Source of the DNA: an uncultured Mollicutes bacterium
Lineage (GTDB): Bacteria > Bacillota_I > Bacilli_A > RFN20 > CAG-288
NCBI GenBank assembly: GCA_900539865.1
Contig: UQDS01000002.1
Location: 64,926-128,925, forward strand
Length of the DNA stretch: 64,000 nucleotides
Direction of reading: 5' to 3'
Part shown: positions 28,775 to 39,808 of the stretch, piece after piece
Layout: each line of letters opens with the position of its first letter
Position numbering within the stretch: the first letter of the stretch is position 1
Program-made: the position numbers and the translations under genes
The notes under the pieces: generated by a model
Told to the model about the DNA's origin: nothing
What the model saw: only the letters and a program-made list of their open reading frames with translations
Databases searched by the model: none

Positions 28775-29705
28775 TCATGCGATCAACAACCTTTTGAACA
28801 TCATCAAATGTAGTCAATCGACAACCAGCCGCAGGAACATGTCCACCGCCATTAAAGCAGACCGCAACTTGCTGAACATTATAATGACCATTACTACGAA
28901 GTTCGCAACGAATTGTACCATCGCTTTGTTCGGTAAATGCCGCCCACATCGGATGATCATCAAGAAGTGATAATAAATTAACTTTACCACTCGCTTCATT
29001 ATCTGATAATCCTAACGGCTCATACATATCCTTAGTGATACAAACATAACAAACCTTACCATCCATTTTAAAGTTGGAGTAGATAACTGAGCGATAACGC
29101 AAGTCTCTAGAATTTTGGCGATACAATTCAGAATATAATGCATTCGTATCAATTCCAGTCTTGATTAATTCAATTGCTGTCTCTAATGTTTCTGGACGAG
29201 AATCATATTGGAATCTTCCAGAATCTGTCATTAAGCCCATGTATAAATAAAGTGCACTTTCTTTTGATGGTATTTTTCCATAACGCAAAATTAAACATCT
29301 CGTGATAATCGCAGTGCAAGAAGCTGCATTTTCATCACGCAATACAGGAAAAGGTTGTTCATATTGTTTTACATGATGATCAATACAAACAATAGATTTT
29401 GCAGTACGAATACGTTGATCTTCCACACGATCTAAATCAGAAAGATCAACCATTAACGCTAAAGAATTTTGGATTGTTTCATCATCAACAATATCGCTGG
29501 GTTCGATGAAGCGGGGTAAATAGGTAGGATGCGTTCCCACAGCAAAAATTTTCTTTTGAGGAAACAATGTCTTTAAGGCATGCTTCATGCCCATTACTGA
29601 TCCGACACAATCGCCGTCTGGGTTTTTATGTCCAAAAATGACAATACTCTCTGCTTCTTCAAGTGCGGCGAAAACTGCTTCACGTTCACTGTCAAAATAA
29701 TTCAT
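28755..29705 (-). CDS. nrnA: DHH-family phosphoesterase NrnA (nanoRNase / pAp phosphatase)
   Basis: DHH motifs (GHKNPDGDCVGS, DHH) and the DHHA1 GGGH motif. Confidence 0.75.
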   Translation of the reverse strand: MNYFDSEREAVFAALEEAESIVIFGHKNPDGDCVGSVMGMKHALKTLFPQKKIFAVGTHPTYLPRFIEPSDIVDDETIQNSLALMVDLSDLDRVEDQRIRTAKSIVCIDHHVKQYEQPFPVLRDENAASCTAIITRCLILRYGKIPSKESALYLYMGLMTDSGRFQYDSRPETLETAIELIKTGIDTNALYSELYRQNSRDLRYRSVIYSNFKMDGKVCYVCITKDMYEPLGLSDNEASGKVNLLSLLDDHPMWAAFTEQSDGTIRCELRSNGHYNVQQVAVCFNGGGHVPAAGCRLTTFDDVQKVVDRMNEEKEF

Positions 29706-29732
29706 TTTCGTTGCTACCTTTCTTTTTGTACG

Positions 29733-29766
29733 AAAAAGCCCTCTTGTTTTAAAAGGGCTTTTTTAT
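29733..29766. terminator. bidirectional terminator downstream of rpoE
   Basis: Hairpin AAGCCCT-n-AGGGCTT with a flanking A-run and T-run. Confidence 0.6.
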
Positions 29767-29768
29767 TA

Positions 29769-30269
29769 TTAATCGTTATCGTCTGAATCTTCATCCTCAT
29801 CGCCAACTAATAATTCATCTTCATCTTCTTCATCTGTGGCATAAGGATCATCATCAACTTCTTCATCCTCGTAATCATCGCGATCATCAGAATCATCGAT
29901 ATCTTCCAAATCTTCAGAATCATCAATGTCATCGATATCGTCGAAGATATCTGTCTTCTTCTTTTTCTTTTTACGAGTGTCCGGAAGATCATCTTCGGAA
30001 TAAACATCGTTCATATCAATATGAACATTCTTATAAAGTTCATGTTCACGAAGTGACCATGTGTTGTTTTCTTTTAAAACAAAACGGCCATCCAAAGTCA
30101 TATCAGTATAAAAACGTGAAACGAGTCGTGCAAAAGCTTCTTCAGAAAGGCCAAGATTTTCGCAAATGCCTTGGCAAAGTTCTAAAAACGCGACTGGATT
30201 TTTATCGCCAGAATCGTATCTTTCTGTCATAATTTCATAGGCGGTATCTACTAAAGATTTTTTAAGCAT
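29769..30269 (-). CDS. rpoE: DNA-directed RNA polymerase delta subunit
   Basis: N-terminal HARE-HTH-like domain followed by a long poly-Asp/Glu acidic tail, characteristic of Firmicutes RpoE. Confidence 0.75.
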   Translation of the reverse strand: MLKKSLVDTAYEIMTERYDSGDKNPVAFLELCQGICENLGLSEEAFARLVSRFYTDMTLDGRFVLKENNTWSLREHELYKNVHIDMNDVYSEDDLPDTRKKKKKKTDIFDDIDDIDDSEDLEDIDDSDDRDDYEDEEVDDDPYATDEEDEDELLVGDEDEDSDDND

Positions 30270-30333
30270 AATATAATCTCCTTTTATTTATCACTTAAAG
30301 TATACATATCTACAAGAATTAGCAAAAGAAAAA

Positions 30334-32001
30334 TTAATTATTTTCTACTTTATCGCTGGAAACCATTCTTTCCGGGGCTTCAACAGCAATTAAATTTAGG
30401 GCAGATGCAAGAACATAACGACAAGCCTCTACCAAACCCAAGCGTTCTCTTGTCAACTCAGGGTTCTTATCATCAATAACACGGCACTTGGTATAAAATT
30501 CGTTAATTGTTTGAGCCAAAGTATGAATATAATTTGTAACCTTATATGGTTCGTTTTCTAACGTAGCATTCTTGATTACATTGGTATAATCTTTCAAAAG
30601 AATTAAGAGATCCTTTTCAGATTCACTGGTAAGTTGCGAACAAGAATAATCAATAGGATAGAAAGAACTTGCATTTTTCATAATGCCACAAAGACGCGCG
30701 TGGGTGTATTGGGCATAATACACTGGGTTTTCGCTTCCCAATGTTTTAGCTAAATCAATATCAAAGTCTAAATGAGAAGTTCCGCTTCTAGAAACAAAGA
30801 AATAACGAACAGAGTCAACGCCGACTTCGTCAATCAATTCTTTCATCGTGATCGCGTTGCCGGTGCGTTTGCTCATCTTAAATTCTTCACCATTTTTGAA
30901 TAATCTAACCATCTGAACAAGACAGACATTTAAAGCCTCTGGATTATGGCCCAAATCTTTTTGAGATGATTTCAAGCGTGCAATATAACCGTGGTGATCT
31001 GCACCAAACATATCGATAAGAAGATCAAAACCACGATTGAATTTGTCATTGTGATAGGCAATATCCGGCAATAAATAAGTGTAATTACCATCCGTTTTAA
31101 CTAATACACGATCTTTATCATCACCATCTTTTGTTGTGTCGAGCCATAACGCCCCTTCTTGTTCATAGCAGAAAGGTCTCAACTGCTCTAAGACTTTTTC
31201 CACATCTCCGCGATTGCGAATTGCTTTTTCAGAAGTATATACGTCCTGATCAACACGGAAATCATGTAGGTCTTTTTTAATTGCATCAAGAAGTTTATCA
31301 CCGCCAAACTTTTTAAAATCTTCTAAATGCGATTCCGGTTCATTCACGTATAAATCGCCAATTTCTTCTTTTAATTCTTGTGCGAGCTTGATGATTTCCG
31401 GACCATGATAACCATCATCCGGCATAGCTCTTTCAATTCCAAAGAGAGATAAATAACGAATCATTAACGATTCTGCCAAATGATCCATTTGAACACCGGC
31501 ATCATTTACATAGTATTCTCTGGTAACATCATAACCTGCTTTTTTATAAAGTCTAGCAAGACAATCTCCTAAAGCAGCGCCTCTCGCATGACCTAAATGT
31601 AAAGTTCCTGTCGGATTAGCAGAAACATATTCAATATTGACTTTGATTCCTTTACCAAGGTCCAAATCACCATAATGCTGAGGATCATTAACGATAGTTT
31701 TGATGATGCTTCCTAATTCATCTTGTTTTAAGAAAAAGTTAAGAAAACCCGGTTTTGCAGCTTCGATGTGATCCACGCCTTCAAGTTTGAATTCGGCAAT
31801 GATTTTCTCCGCTAACACCATCGGATTCGTTTGAAATGATTTTGCTTTTCTCATAGCGAGATTCGATGCGTAATCTCCGTGTTCTCGCGTATTTGATGGA
31901 GAAAGTACTATTTCATCATCTTTAACTTCTCCGCCAAGAGCAATAATAACTCTTTTTAATTCTTCTTTGATTTGTTGCTGAATATCCATATTAATTTTCA
32001 T
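30334..32001 (-). CDS. argS: arginine--tRNA ligase
   Basis: Class I HIGH-type motif (HLGHAR) and KMSKR-equivalent. Confidence 0.9.
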   Translation of the reverse strand: MKINMDIQQQIKEELKRVIIALGGEVKDDEIVLSPSNTREHGDYASNLAMRKAKSFQTNPMVLAEKIIAEFKLEGVDHIEAAKPGFLNFFLKQDELGSIIKTIVNDPQHYGDLDLGKGIKVNIEYVSANPTGTLHLGHARGAALGDCLARLYKKAGYDVTREYYVNDAGVQMDHLAESLMIRYLSLFGIERAMPDDGYHGPEIIKLAQELKEEIGDLYVNEPESHLEDFKKFGGDKLLDAIKKDLHDFRVDQDVYTSEKAIRNRGDVEKVLEQLRPFCYEQEGALWLDTTKDGDDKDRVLVKTDGNYTYLLPDIAYHNDKFNRGFDLLIDMFGADHHGYIARLKSSQKDLGHNPEALNVCLVQMVRLFKNGEEFKMSKRTGNAITMKELIDEVGVDSVRYFFVSRSGTSHLDFDIDLAKTLGSENPVYYAQYTHARLCGIMKNASSFYPIDYSCSQLTSESEKDLLILLKDYTNVIKNATLENEPYKVTNYIHTLAQTINEFYTKCRVIDDKNPELTRERLGLVEACRYVLASALNLIAVEAPERMVSSDKVENN

Positions 32002-32488
32002 CCTTTAATATACATACTTGACTATAAACAATAATCGCACGTTCTTGACCGACTTCTGCAAGACCTTCTCCTGTATTAAAATGAACTGCCACACGATCTT
32101 TAGATATCGCAAGGAGTTGCGATAATGCAGTACGAATTTCTTCTCGATAATTCATCAATTTTGGTTTTTCTAAATGAATATCTACTGTAACATTCTGTAT
32201 CTTATAATGTAATTCGCGAATGGAATTCAGGGCGCTTTCCAAAATCATAACAGAATTCATATTCTTTGTTTTCTCAATGTTATCGGGGAAATAATAACCA
32301 ATGTCATTTTTGCCAATAGAAGAGTATAATGCGTTGCTTAACGAGTGAAGCAATACATCCCCATCCGAATGAGCATCCACTGTCTTATTCGAAGGAATTT
32401 TAACTGTGGATAAAAGAATATTTCCAGGCACATTTACCAAGCGATGAATGTCGTAACCAAACCCGGTGCGAATATCAAAATTTATCAT
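31991..32488 (-). CDS. ispF: 2-C-methyl-D-erythritol 2,4-cyclodiphosphate synthase
   Basis: GFGYDIHRL and DAHSDGDVLLH metal-binding motifs. Confidence 0.85.
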   Translation of the reverse strand: MINFDIRTGFGYDIHRLVNVPGNILLSTVKIPSNKTVDAHSDGDVLLHSLSNALYSSIGKNDIGYYFPDNIEKTKNMNSVMILESALNSIRELHYKIQNVTVDIHLEKPKLMNYREEIRTALSQLLAISKDRVAVHFNTGEGLAEVGQERAIIVYSQVCILKDEN

Positions 32489-32490
32489 AC

Positions 32491-33606
32491 TTACTTTTTC
32501 TTTGCGGCAGAACGAATAAAGAGAATGTCTCCATCTTTGACAAGATAATCCTTTCCTACCGTTTGCATTTTTCCTGCTTCTTTTACCGCTAACTCAGTTC
32601 CAAGACGAATTAAATCATCATAAGAATAAACTTCTGCTTTCAAAAAGAACTTTTGGAAATCTGAGTGAATAACTCCCGCACACTCGGGGGCAGTATATCC
32701 CTTATGGAAGGTCCACGCTCTCACTTCATCTTCACCACCAGTGAAGAAAGTACGTAGTCCAAGAATGTGGTATGCGGCAAAAGTAACTTTGTCCAAACCT
32801 GTTTGATTTGTGCCGAGGCTTTCAAGATACTCCCTTCTTTCTTCCGAAGATATGTGCGAGAGTTCTTCTTCCATTTTGGCAGAAACTGGTATGCATTCTG
32901 CACCTTGCTGATGAGCAAAATCAACCAATTGTGCAAAATATTTATTTGCCATCGGATCAGCATAGCTATCTTCATCCACATTGCCAACATAAATGACAGG
33001 TTTCATTGTGATAAGATTGAATTCTTTGGCAATTTCTTGTTCATCGACAGAAAGAACAACATCCTTTGCCATTTGTTCATGCTGGAGTCCTTCTATCAAT
33101 TTATGAAGGGCTGACACCTCTGTCAACGATTGTTTATCTTTCGTAGTAAGAGCCTTCCTCTCGATTTTTTCCAAACGCTTGGTCATCACATCGATATCAG
33201 CGAGCATCAACTCTAAATTGACTTCCATCGCATCTGAAACGGGATCGACAGCTCTACCATTATATGTGAGAATTTCCGAGGAATCAAAGCAACGGACAAC
33301 ATGAATAATTGCATCTGTATTTCTAATATTCCCCAAGAATTGATTTCCTAAGCCTTCCCCTTTCGAAGCTCCTTTGATCAATCCGGCAATATCCGTAAAT
33401 TCAAAAGTTGCTCGTACCGTTTTCTTAGGATTAAAAATTTTAACCAATTCATCTACACGAGGATCGTTAACTTCTACAACACCCGTGTTAGGATCAATAG
33501 TGGCAAAGGGATAATTTTCCGCTAAAATATCACTATTTGTGATTGCGTTGAACAATGTCGATTTACCAACATTAGGCAATCCAACAATACCTGCAGTTAA
33601 ACTCAT
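32491..33606 (-). CDS. ychF: ribosome-binding ATPase YchF
   Basis: G1 motif GLPNVGKST plus the TGS domain. Confidence 0.9.
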   Translation of the reverse strand: MSLTAGIVGLPNVGKSTLFNAITNSDILAENYPFATIDPNTGVVEVNDPRVDELVKIFNPKKTVRATFEFTDIAGLIKGASKGEGLGNQFLGNIRNTDAIIHVVRCFDSSEILTYNGRAVDPVSDAMEVNLELMLADIDVMTKRLEKIERKALTTKDKQSLTEVSALHKLIEGLQHEQMAKDVVLSVDEQEIAKEFNLITMKPVIYVGNVDEDSYADPMANKYFAQLVDFAHQQGAECIPVSAKMEEELSHISSEERREYLESLGTNQTGLDKVTFAAYHILGLRTFFTGGEDEVRAWTFHKGYTAPECAGVIHSDFQKFFLKAEVYSYDDLIRLGTELAVKEAGKMQTVGKDYLVKDGDILFIRSAAKKK

Positions 33607-33653
33607 ACATTCTTCTTTCTATTCTTTGTCATACATTCCAAAGAAATTTTTAT

Positions 33654-35657
33654 CTATCTTTCCACATAAACGACCATATCTTCTTTAGGAAGTATCGTCA
33701 CAATATTCTTTTGCACACCTTCTTCAACAACATAAAGACGAGTATAGTTACCAAGAAGTTCTTGAATTGCACTCTCATAGCGAGCCAATTTCGAACCCGG
33801 AACAATTTTCATCATCTTATCCTCTTGTCCAGTTTCCTTAAACGTAAGAGTTATCGCTTTTGTCAATCGGCGAATAAACTTTTTCTCCACAACACTTTCT
33901 TGATTGTCATTCACAACAGAAAGCGGGAGTTGTGCAAGACCGAGAGTATCAAAATCTTTATCTGTGACAGGAACCTTCGACGCCTCATCTAAATAAAGTC
34001 CATTATAAAGATAAGTGGCTCCATCGAGCGTTTGTTCACCCATAAAGTCAACACCCAAACTATCATAATCAACGATGTCTTTCATATTGAAATACTGCGA
34101 ATAAGTTAGATTGGGAACTTCTGTATAATTTCCATCGGCTGAAAGGTTTGCAAATGTTTTGACTTTAAAGGACCACTGATAGAAAATTTTCAAATTTAAA
34201 GTAAAGTTTTCCATCGGCATATCCGTATTGATATTAACTATTTCTTTACCTTGTGTATCCAAAGAATAGAAATATGTTGCATCTAAATGATTGTTTGTAT
34301 CCTGTACCGACTCTAACGCTTTTTCAAAATCTGTCAAATAGGAAACAATGCTCTCACCCGGTTTCACCACAAAAGATTTGTTTTCTAAACGAGTTCCTTC
34401 AAAGTTATCCGGATAATCATAATTTAAAGATAAAATCGGATAATCATCATAGACAGCTGTCAAAAGCAAATCGGTGTCAGGAAGAGGATGAATAAAATTA
34501 AAGACGCCTCCCTTTTCATCAACAAAGTAAAGGAAATCCCCACTGTCTTTCACTGGAAGATGGGCATCATAAAACTCTGTTCCTAAAATATCGCCTTCGT
34601 AGTAATCAGAAAACGTTTCAGAAGTTAATCCATTGACCATTCCGCCTGCATAATCTAATACAACATTGATATGATCATCCCATTTCAAATAAATATCCAT
34701 ATCATTATCCATAATGGAGGAATTTAAGGATATCGGATTTTTAAAGGCCGGATCGGTATAAAAACCAGCAAATCGATGTTCTTTTGTCTCGACTGGATAA
34801 TAGCGATAGCCTGTCGCTTCAGCGCCAAAATCAATTCCTAAATCACGTTTAATCTGAGCGATTAAATTTTGTGAAAAATCCACTTCTTTCGTTTGGAATG
34901 ATTGATCTGAAACACCATCTAAATTGTAATGAATAGTAATTTTAGGATCTTTTTTCCAATGAGCATACAGCGTAAAACTCTCTTGATCTAAAGGTCTTGG
35001 GAATACCATGTTTCCTTCAGAAAAAGCTGTATTATCAAATTTGTAAACACCTTTTTCTTGTGTGACATCTAACTGATAATATGTTTCTTTATTCTCGTTT
35101 TGTACGGCCTTCAACGGGTATTCGGTATACCAATATTCAAAGGTGAGATGAGATCCGTCCGCTTTTGCAGTTGGAAGAGCATCTGTTGAAATTGGTTTAT
35201 TGACATATCCATGTAAATTTTGACCTTTGAATGACTCCGGATTTTTCTCTGGTTCAACTAAAATACCATTTTGAGAAGCCGCCTCAGTTAAATCAAAAGA
35301 AAGAGTCACTAACTTTTCATAATAAGCATACAAAGTATCCTCAACATAGGGATAATGAAAATAATATTTACCATCAGTCTCATCAAATTGCTTGCTGACG
35401 ATTCGATAAGAACCATCTTCTTTCTTTTCACGCCATCCTACAAATTCATATCCTTCTTTTGTAGGATCGGGAATATCAACTTCAACTTTTGCACCTGCTG
35501 GTCCCACTAATTCCATCGTATTAAAATCAGCCGGAAAAGAGCCACCATTGAGATCAAAAATGATCTTCCCCATCAACTTGTTTCCACAAGAAGAAAGCGG
35601 CGCAATCATAGTCAAACAGGTCATAGAAACTAAAAGTTTTTTATTAAAGCTATGCAT
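33654..35657 (-). CDS. lipoprotein with Listeria-Bacteroides (InlB B-repeat-type) repeats
   Basis: Lipobox LSSCG. Repeated GYxFxGW-like units. AAGGAGGGG RBS before the MHSF start. Confidence 0.55.
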   Translation of the reverse strand: MHSFNKKLLVSMTCLTMIAPLSSCGNKLMGKIIFDLNGGSFPADFNTMELVGPAGAKVEVDIPDPTKEGYEFVGWREKKEDGSYRIVSKQFDETDGKYYFHYPYVEDTLYAYYEKLVTLSFDLTEAASQNGILVEPEKNPESFKGQNLHGYVNKPISTDALPTAKADGSHLTFEYWYTEYPLKAVQNENKETYYQLDVTQEKGVYKFDNTAFSEGNMVFPRPLDQESFTLYAHWKKDPKITIHYNLDGVSDQSFQTKEVDFSQNLIAQIKRDLGIDFGAEATGYRYYPVETKEHRFAGFYTDPAFKNPISLNSSIMDNDMDIYLKWDDHINVVLDYAGGMVNGLTSETFSDYYEGDILGTEFYDAHLPVKDSGDFLYFVDEKGGVFNFIHPLPDTDLLLTAVYDDYPILSLNYDYPDNFEGTRLENKSFVVKPGESIVSYLTDFEKALESVQDTNNHLDATYFYSLDTQGKEIVNINTDMPMENFTLNLKIFYQWSFKVKTFANLSADGNYTEVPNLTYSQYFNMKDIVDYDSLGVDFMGEQTLDGATYLYNGLYLDEASKVPVTDKDFDTLGLAQLPLSVVNDNQESVVEKKFIRRLTKAITLTFKETGQEDKMMKIVPGSKLARYESAIQELLGNYTRLYVVEEGVQKNIVTILPKEDMVVYVER

Positions 35658-35734
35658 TGATAACCCCTCCTTTGACAATAATCAGAGAATAACTTCCTCG
35701 TGCATTAACGCACGAGGAAGTGAAAAAAGAAATT

Positions 35735-37969
35735 CTATTTATGTTCGCGACGCGGTTTGCGATCTTGACGAGGAGCGCGTTCCGGGCGTTCAACATAACC
35801 TTCTGGTTTCGGAAGGAATTCGCGATGAGATACATCGACTCTACCTTGAGCATCGATTCCAGTGATGATAACTTTGAGTGTATCACCAAGGTTGCAGACA
35901 TCTTCAACTTTTTCAACACGTTTCCAATCTAATTTAGAAATGTGACATAAAGCATCAGTGTTTCCGAAGAGATTGACAAAGCAACCATAAGATTCAACGC
36001 GAACAACTTTCGCATCATAGACTTCACCAACTTCGGGAACTTTAGCAATAGACATAATCATGCCATAGGCTTTTTCAATCATATCTTTGTGGACGGAATA
36101 AAGAATAACTCTACCATCATCATTAATATCAATTTTGACATCTTTGTTGCATTCATCAATGATACCGTTAATCACCTTGCCTTGCGAGCCGATAACTTCA
36201 CGGATCTTGTCTGTTGCGATTTCAAATCTCTTCATCTTCAAAGCATAATCAGAGAGTTCTCTTCTCGGCTCCGGAATTGCCGCGAGCATGACGTCAAGAA
36301 TTTGTTTTCTTGCCGGTTTTGCTTGATAGAGAGCTTCACGCAAAATTTCTTTGGTGATACCACGGATTTTAATATCCATCTGTAATGCAGTGATACCATT
36401 TGGAGTACCCGCAACTTTAAAGTCCATATCGCCAAGGTGATCTTCCATACCCTGGATGTCAGTGAGAATGGTATAAGGATGATTGCCATCCAACGGACCA
36501 GAAGTGATCAAACCCATCGCAATACCAGAAACAGGTGCTTTTAAAGGAACACCAGCATCCATCAAAGCCATGCAAGAAGCACAAATAGAAGCCTGTGAAG
36601 AAGAACCGTTAGATTCGCAAACATCAGCAACACAACGAATGGTATAAGGGAATTCTTCTTCGGAAGGAATGACATAACTCAAAGCTCTTTCGCCAAGATT
36701 ACCATGACCGATTTCACGGCGACCGGGAGTACCCATTCTACCAAGTTCGCCAACAGAGAAAGGCGGGAAATTGTAATGATGCATCCATCTCTTAGTAGTA
36801 TCACCAGTGATATCATCGAGAATTTGAGCATCATCTAAGGAACCTAAAGTACAAGCGGAAATTACTTGTGTTTGACCACGAGTAAACATCGCAGAGCCAT
36901 GAGCTCTAGCTAAGAGGTGAACCTGAGCATCTAAAGGACGAATTTCGTCTGTTTTTCTTCCATCCGGACGCACTTTGTCAACAGTGATCAATCTGCGAAC
37001 TTCATTTCTAACAACAATTTCTAAAACTTCTTTCGCCTCGTTCACAGCAAGATCATGTGCCTGCGTTGTTTCATATTTTTCACCAGTTAAGAAGTTTGCT
37101 TGATCAACTAAATCAATCACTTCTTTTTCTAAGGCGTCAATCGTATTTTGTCTTTCAAGTTTATCAAAGATAGAAACTGCTTTGATAATTCTATTTTCTG
37201 TTGTTTCGCTTTGACCTTCCGCGATATAATTTCTACATTTTGCAGCAAATTCTTCATCAATATGATAGATGTTAAGAGGTCTCTTTTCCTTACCGCAAGC
37301 AGCGACAATTTCCTTCTGGAAAGCACAAAGCTGCTTGATAGCTTCATGACCAAACATCAAAGCTTCTAACATATCATCTTCGCTAACTTCTGCTGCGCCA
37401 GCTTCAACCATGTTAATTGCTTTTTCTGTACCAGCAACAGAAAGATTTATATCCGAACGTTCCATCTCATCCTGTGTGGGGTTGATAATAAGCTGACCAT
37501 CCACTCTACCGACATGAACACCAGCAATCGGACCTTCAAACGGGATGTCGGAAACACAAAGTGCTAAAGAAGCACCAAACATTGCTGTCATATCAGTGCA
37601 AGCATCCGGATCAGCAGACATCACCTGACAAGTGATCTGAGTTTCGTTAACATATCCTTCCGGGAACATCGGACGAATCGGACGGTCAATCAAACGAGAA
37701 ATCAAAGTTTCTCTTGTAGACTGTCTTCCTTCTCTTCTTAAGAAAGAACCAGGGATTTTACCAGCCGCATACTGACGTTCAAAATAATTGACCGTAAGCG
37801 GGAAGAAATCCTGACCTAACTTAGCTTCTTTTGCGCCACAAACAGCACAAAGAACGGCGGTATCGTTAAATTTAACAAAAACAGAACCGTCAGCCTGTTT
37901 TGCGATTTCTCCGGTCTCAACAGTGAGATTCTTGCCGAAGAAATCTAAAGAAAACACTTCTTTTGACAT
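35735..37969 (-). CDS. pnp: polyribonucleotide nucleotidyltransferase
   Basis: Full-length PNPase: two RNase PH domains, KH and S1 domains. Confidence 0.95.
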   Translation of the reverse strand: MSKEVFSLDFFGKNLTVETGEIAKQADGSVFVKFNDTAVLCAVCGAKEAKLGQDFFPLTVNYFERQYAAGKIPGSFLRREGRQSTRETLISRLIDRPIRPMFPEGYVNETQITCQVMSADPDACTDMTAMFGASLALCVSDIPFEGPIAGVHVGRVDGQLIINPTQDEMERSDINLSVAGTEKAINMVEAGAAEVSEDDMLEALMFGHEAIKQLCAFQKEIVAACGKEKRPLNIYHIDEEFAAKCRNYIAEGQSETTENRIIKAVSIFDKLERQNTIDALEKEVIDLVDQANFLTGEKYETTQAHDLAVNEAKEVLEIVVRNEVRRLITVDKVRPDGRKTDEIRPLDAQVHLLARAHGSAMFTRGQTQVISACTLGSLDDAQILDDITGDTTKRWMHHYNFPPFSVGELGRMGTPGRREIGHGNLGERALSYVIPSEEEFPYTIRCVADVCESNGSSSQASICASCMALMDAGVPLKAPVSGIAMGLITSGPLDGNHPYTILTDIQGMEDHLGDMDFKVAGTPNGITALQMDIKIRGITKEILREALYQAKPARKQILDVMLAAIPEPRRELSDYALKMKRFEIATDKIREVIGSQGKVINGIIDECNKDVKIDINDDGRVILYSVHKDMIEKAYGMIMSIAKVPEVGEVYDAKVVRVESYGCFVNLFGNTDALCHISKLDWKRVEKVEDVCNLGDTLKVIITGIDAQGRVDVSHREFLPKPEGYVERPERAPRQDRKPRREHK

Positions 37970-38277
37970 TTCTTTTACCTCTTTAATATCTTTGTAATTG
38001 TATCATATAAAAATAATATTTAGTACTAAAATATATATAAATATATATATACCGTTTTCTTCTTATCTCACATATTGTTCATCTTCAAAAGATGTTAATA
38101 AAAATATTATTCTATTTTTCGGGATTTTTATCGTTTTTTACTAAATTTTAAAAGAATAGAAGAAATTGAGATTATAACAACACTCTTCTAATTTTGATTC
38201 TCAAAAAGCCAAAAGGTGTACAATGTGGTATTTTATATATTAGACATATCGATAAAAACCGGAAAGGAGATCTTTAC

Positions 38278-39795
38278 ATGAACAACAATGCAAATCTTTT
38301 AACGCTTTATTCTTTACTCAGTCAGATTGAATTATATAAGCACACCATAGAAGTTTTAAACTACGATATGGAAACCGCAGTCCCACCAAAAGGAATGATT
38401 GACGATGCCGATGGCATATCATTCTTCAGCGCTAAAATCTTCGAAATCGAAAAAAGCGCAGACTATATCGATGCAGTAACTTCACTTTATCAAAACGACT
38501 TAGCAACGCTTGATGAATACAATAAACGACTTGTAACCTTGTTATATCGAAACATTGAAAAAGATAAAAAAGTCACACCTGAATTGCACCAAGAAATGAC
38601 AAAACTCTTCAATGAAGCATATATAACTTGGATCGATGCCAAGGCAAAAAATAGTTATCCTATTTTTAAAAACACATTAAAAAACATTGCTGATATTGAA
38701 AAAAAGAGAATTTCTTTACGCGATAATTACAATCCTCAAAAGCCCTACGATTCTTTATTTTCTGACTATGAAGAAGGATTTGATTCCGAAGATTTAGATC
38801 AATTCTTTGACGAACTAGAAAAAGGAATTGTTCCTTTGGTTAAGAAAATTAAAAATTCCAATTACACGCCTCGACATGATTTCTTGCATAGACCAGTAAG
38901 TATCAGCAAACAAGAACGTTTTTCAAAAGAACTTTTAAAGTTTAACGGCTTTGACTTTGAACGCGGATCTCTTTCTACGACCGAACATCCATTCACCGCT
39001 CAACTTTCTTATAATGATACCCGCGTTACCACACATTATTACGAAACAAACTTTATTTCCAATATGTACTCCATCATTCACGAGGGAGGACACGCCCTCT
39101 TTGGTCAAAATATACCAGAAGAAGTTTTTACAAAACACCTTGGAGAAGGATCTCTTTCCATGGCAAAACACGAATCTGTCTCAAGATTTTATGAAAATGT
39201 CATCGGAAGAAGTAAAGAATATATCCACGCTATCTACCCCCTTTTCAAGGAAATATTCAGTGAAGAATTCTCCGATGTCAGTGAACAAGATTTATACGAG
39301 GGAGTAAACTATGTCGACTTAAACAATTCTATCCGCACGGAGGCGGATGAATTAACCTACTCGCTCCATATTATCATTCGTTATCGACTAGAGAAAAAGA
39401 TTTTGGAAGGAAAAGCAGACATCGAACATTTAGATCAAGAATGGAATCTCCTTACAAAAGAAATCTTAGATATTGATAACATCGATGCCTCTACTGGCAT
39501 CTTACAAGATGTTCATTGGACCTCTGGTTTCGGTTACTTCCCCACCTACGCCTTAGGAAATGCTCTGAATTGTATTTATGTCAAACGCATGTGCAAAGAA
39601 ATTGATTTCAACAAGGTCGTATCTGAAGGTAAAATGAATATCATCTTAAATTGGATGAAAGAAAATGTTTTTAAAAAAGCCTCTCTTCTTGATACGAAAG
39701 AATGGATTGAAAATATCTCCGGTGAGAGCTTCTCGGCAAAAGACTATATCGATTATCTCACTGCCAAATTCAGTGAAATATATCATCTAAACTAG
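38278..39795 (+). CDS. M32 carboxypeptidase (Taq-type)
   Basis: HEGGHALF zinc motif and TTEHPF motif. AAAGGAGA RBS before MNNN. Confidence 0.8.
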   Translation: MNNNANLLTLYSLLSQIELYKHTIEVLNYDMETAVPPKGMIDDADGISFFSAKIFEIEKSADYIDAVTSLYQNDLATLDEYNKRLVTLLYRNIEKDKKVTPELHQEMTKLFNEAYITWIDAKAKNSYPIFKNTLKNIADIEKKRISLRDNYNPQKPYDSLFSDYEEGFDSEDLDQFFDELEKGIVPLVKKIKNSNYTPRHDFLHRPVSISKQERFSKELLKFNGFDFERGSLSTTEHPFTAQLSYNDTRVTTHYYETNFISNMYSIIHEGGHALFGQNIPEEVFTKHLGEGSLSMAKHESVSRFYENVIGRSKEYIHAIYPLFKEIFSEEFSDVSEQDLYEGVNYVDLNNSIRTEADELTYSLHIIIRYRLEKKILEGKADIEHLDQEWNLLTKEILDIDNIDASTGILQDVHWTSGFGYFPTYALGNALNCIYVKRMCKEIDFNKVVSEGKMNIILNWMKENVFKKASLLDTKEWIENISGESFSAKDYIDYLTAKFSEIYHLN

Positions 39796-39808
39796 AAAGG
39801 ATAACATT

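Noticed and set aside
29770-29990. Repetitive GAT/GAA-rich DNA that looks like a nucleotide repeat
   Set aside because: It encodes the poly-Asp/Glu acidic tail of RpoE. The repetition is at the protein level.
35699-35726. Hairpin TTCCTCGTGC-n-GCACGAGGAA after pnp considered as a pnp autoregulatory RNase III site
   Set aside because: It lies at the 3' end of pnp, not in its 5' leader. It is more simply a weak intrinsic terminator or attenuator before the downstream lipoprotein gene.
38020-38060. AT dinucleotide / short tandem repeat region that could be a repeat element
   Set aside because: It is low-complexity AT-rich promoter DNA between the divergent pnp and M32 genes. It shows no spacer/repeat periodicity and is not a CRISPR or a minisatellite of significance.
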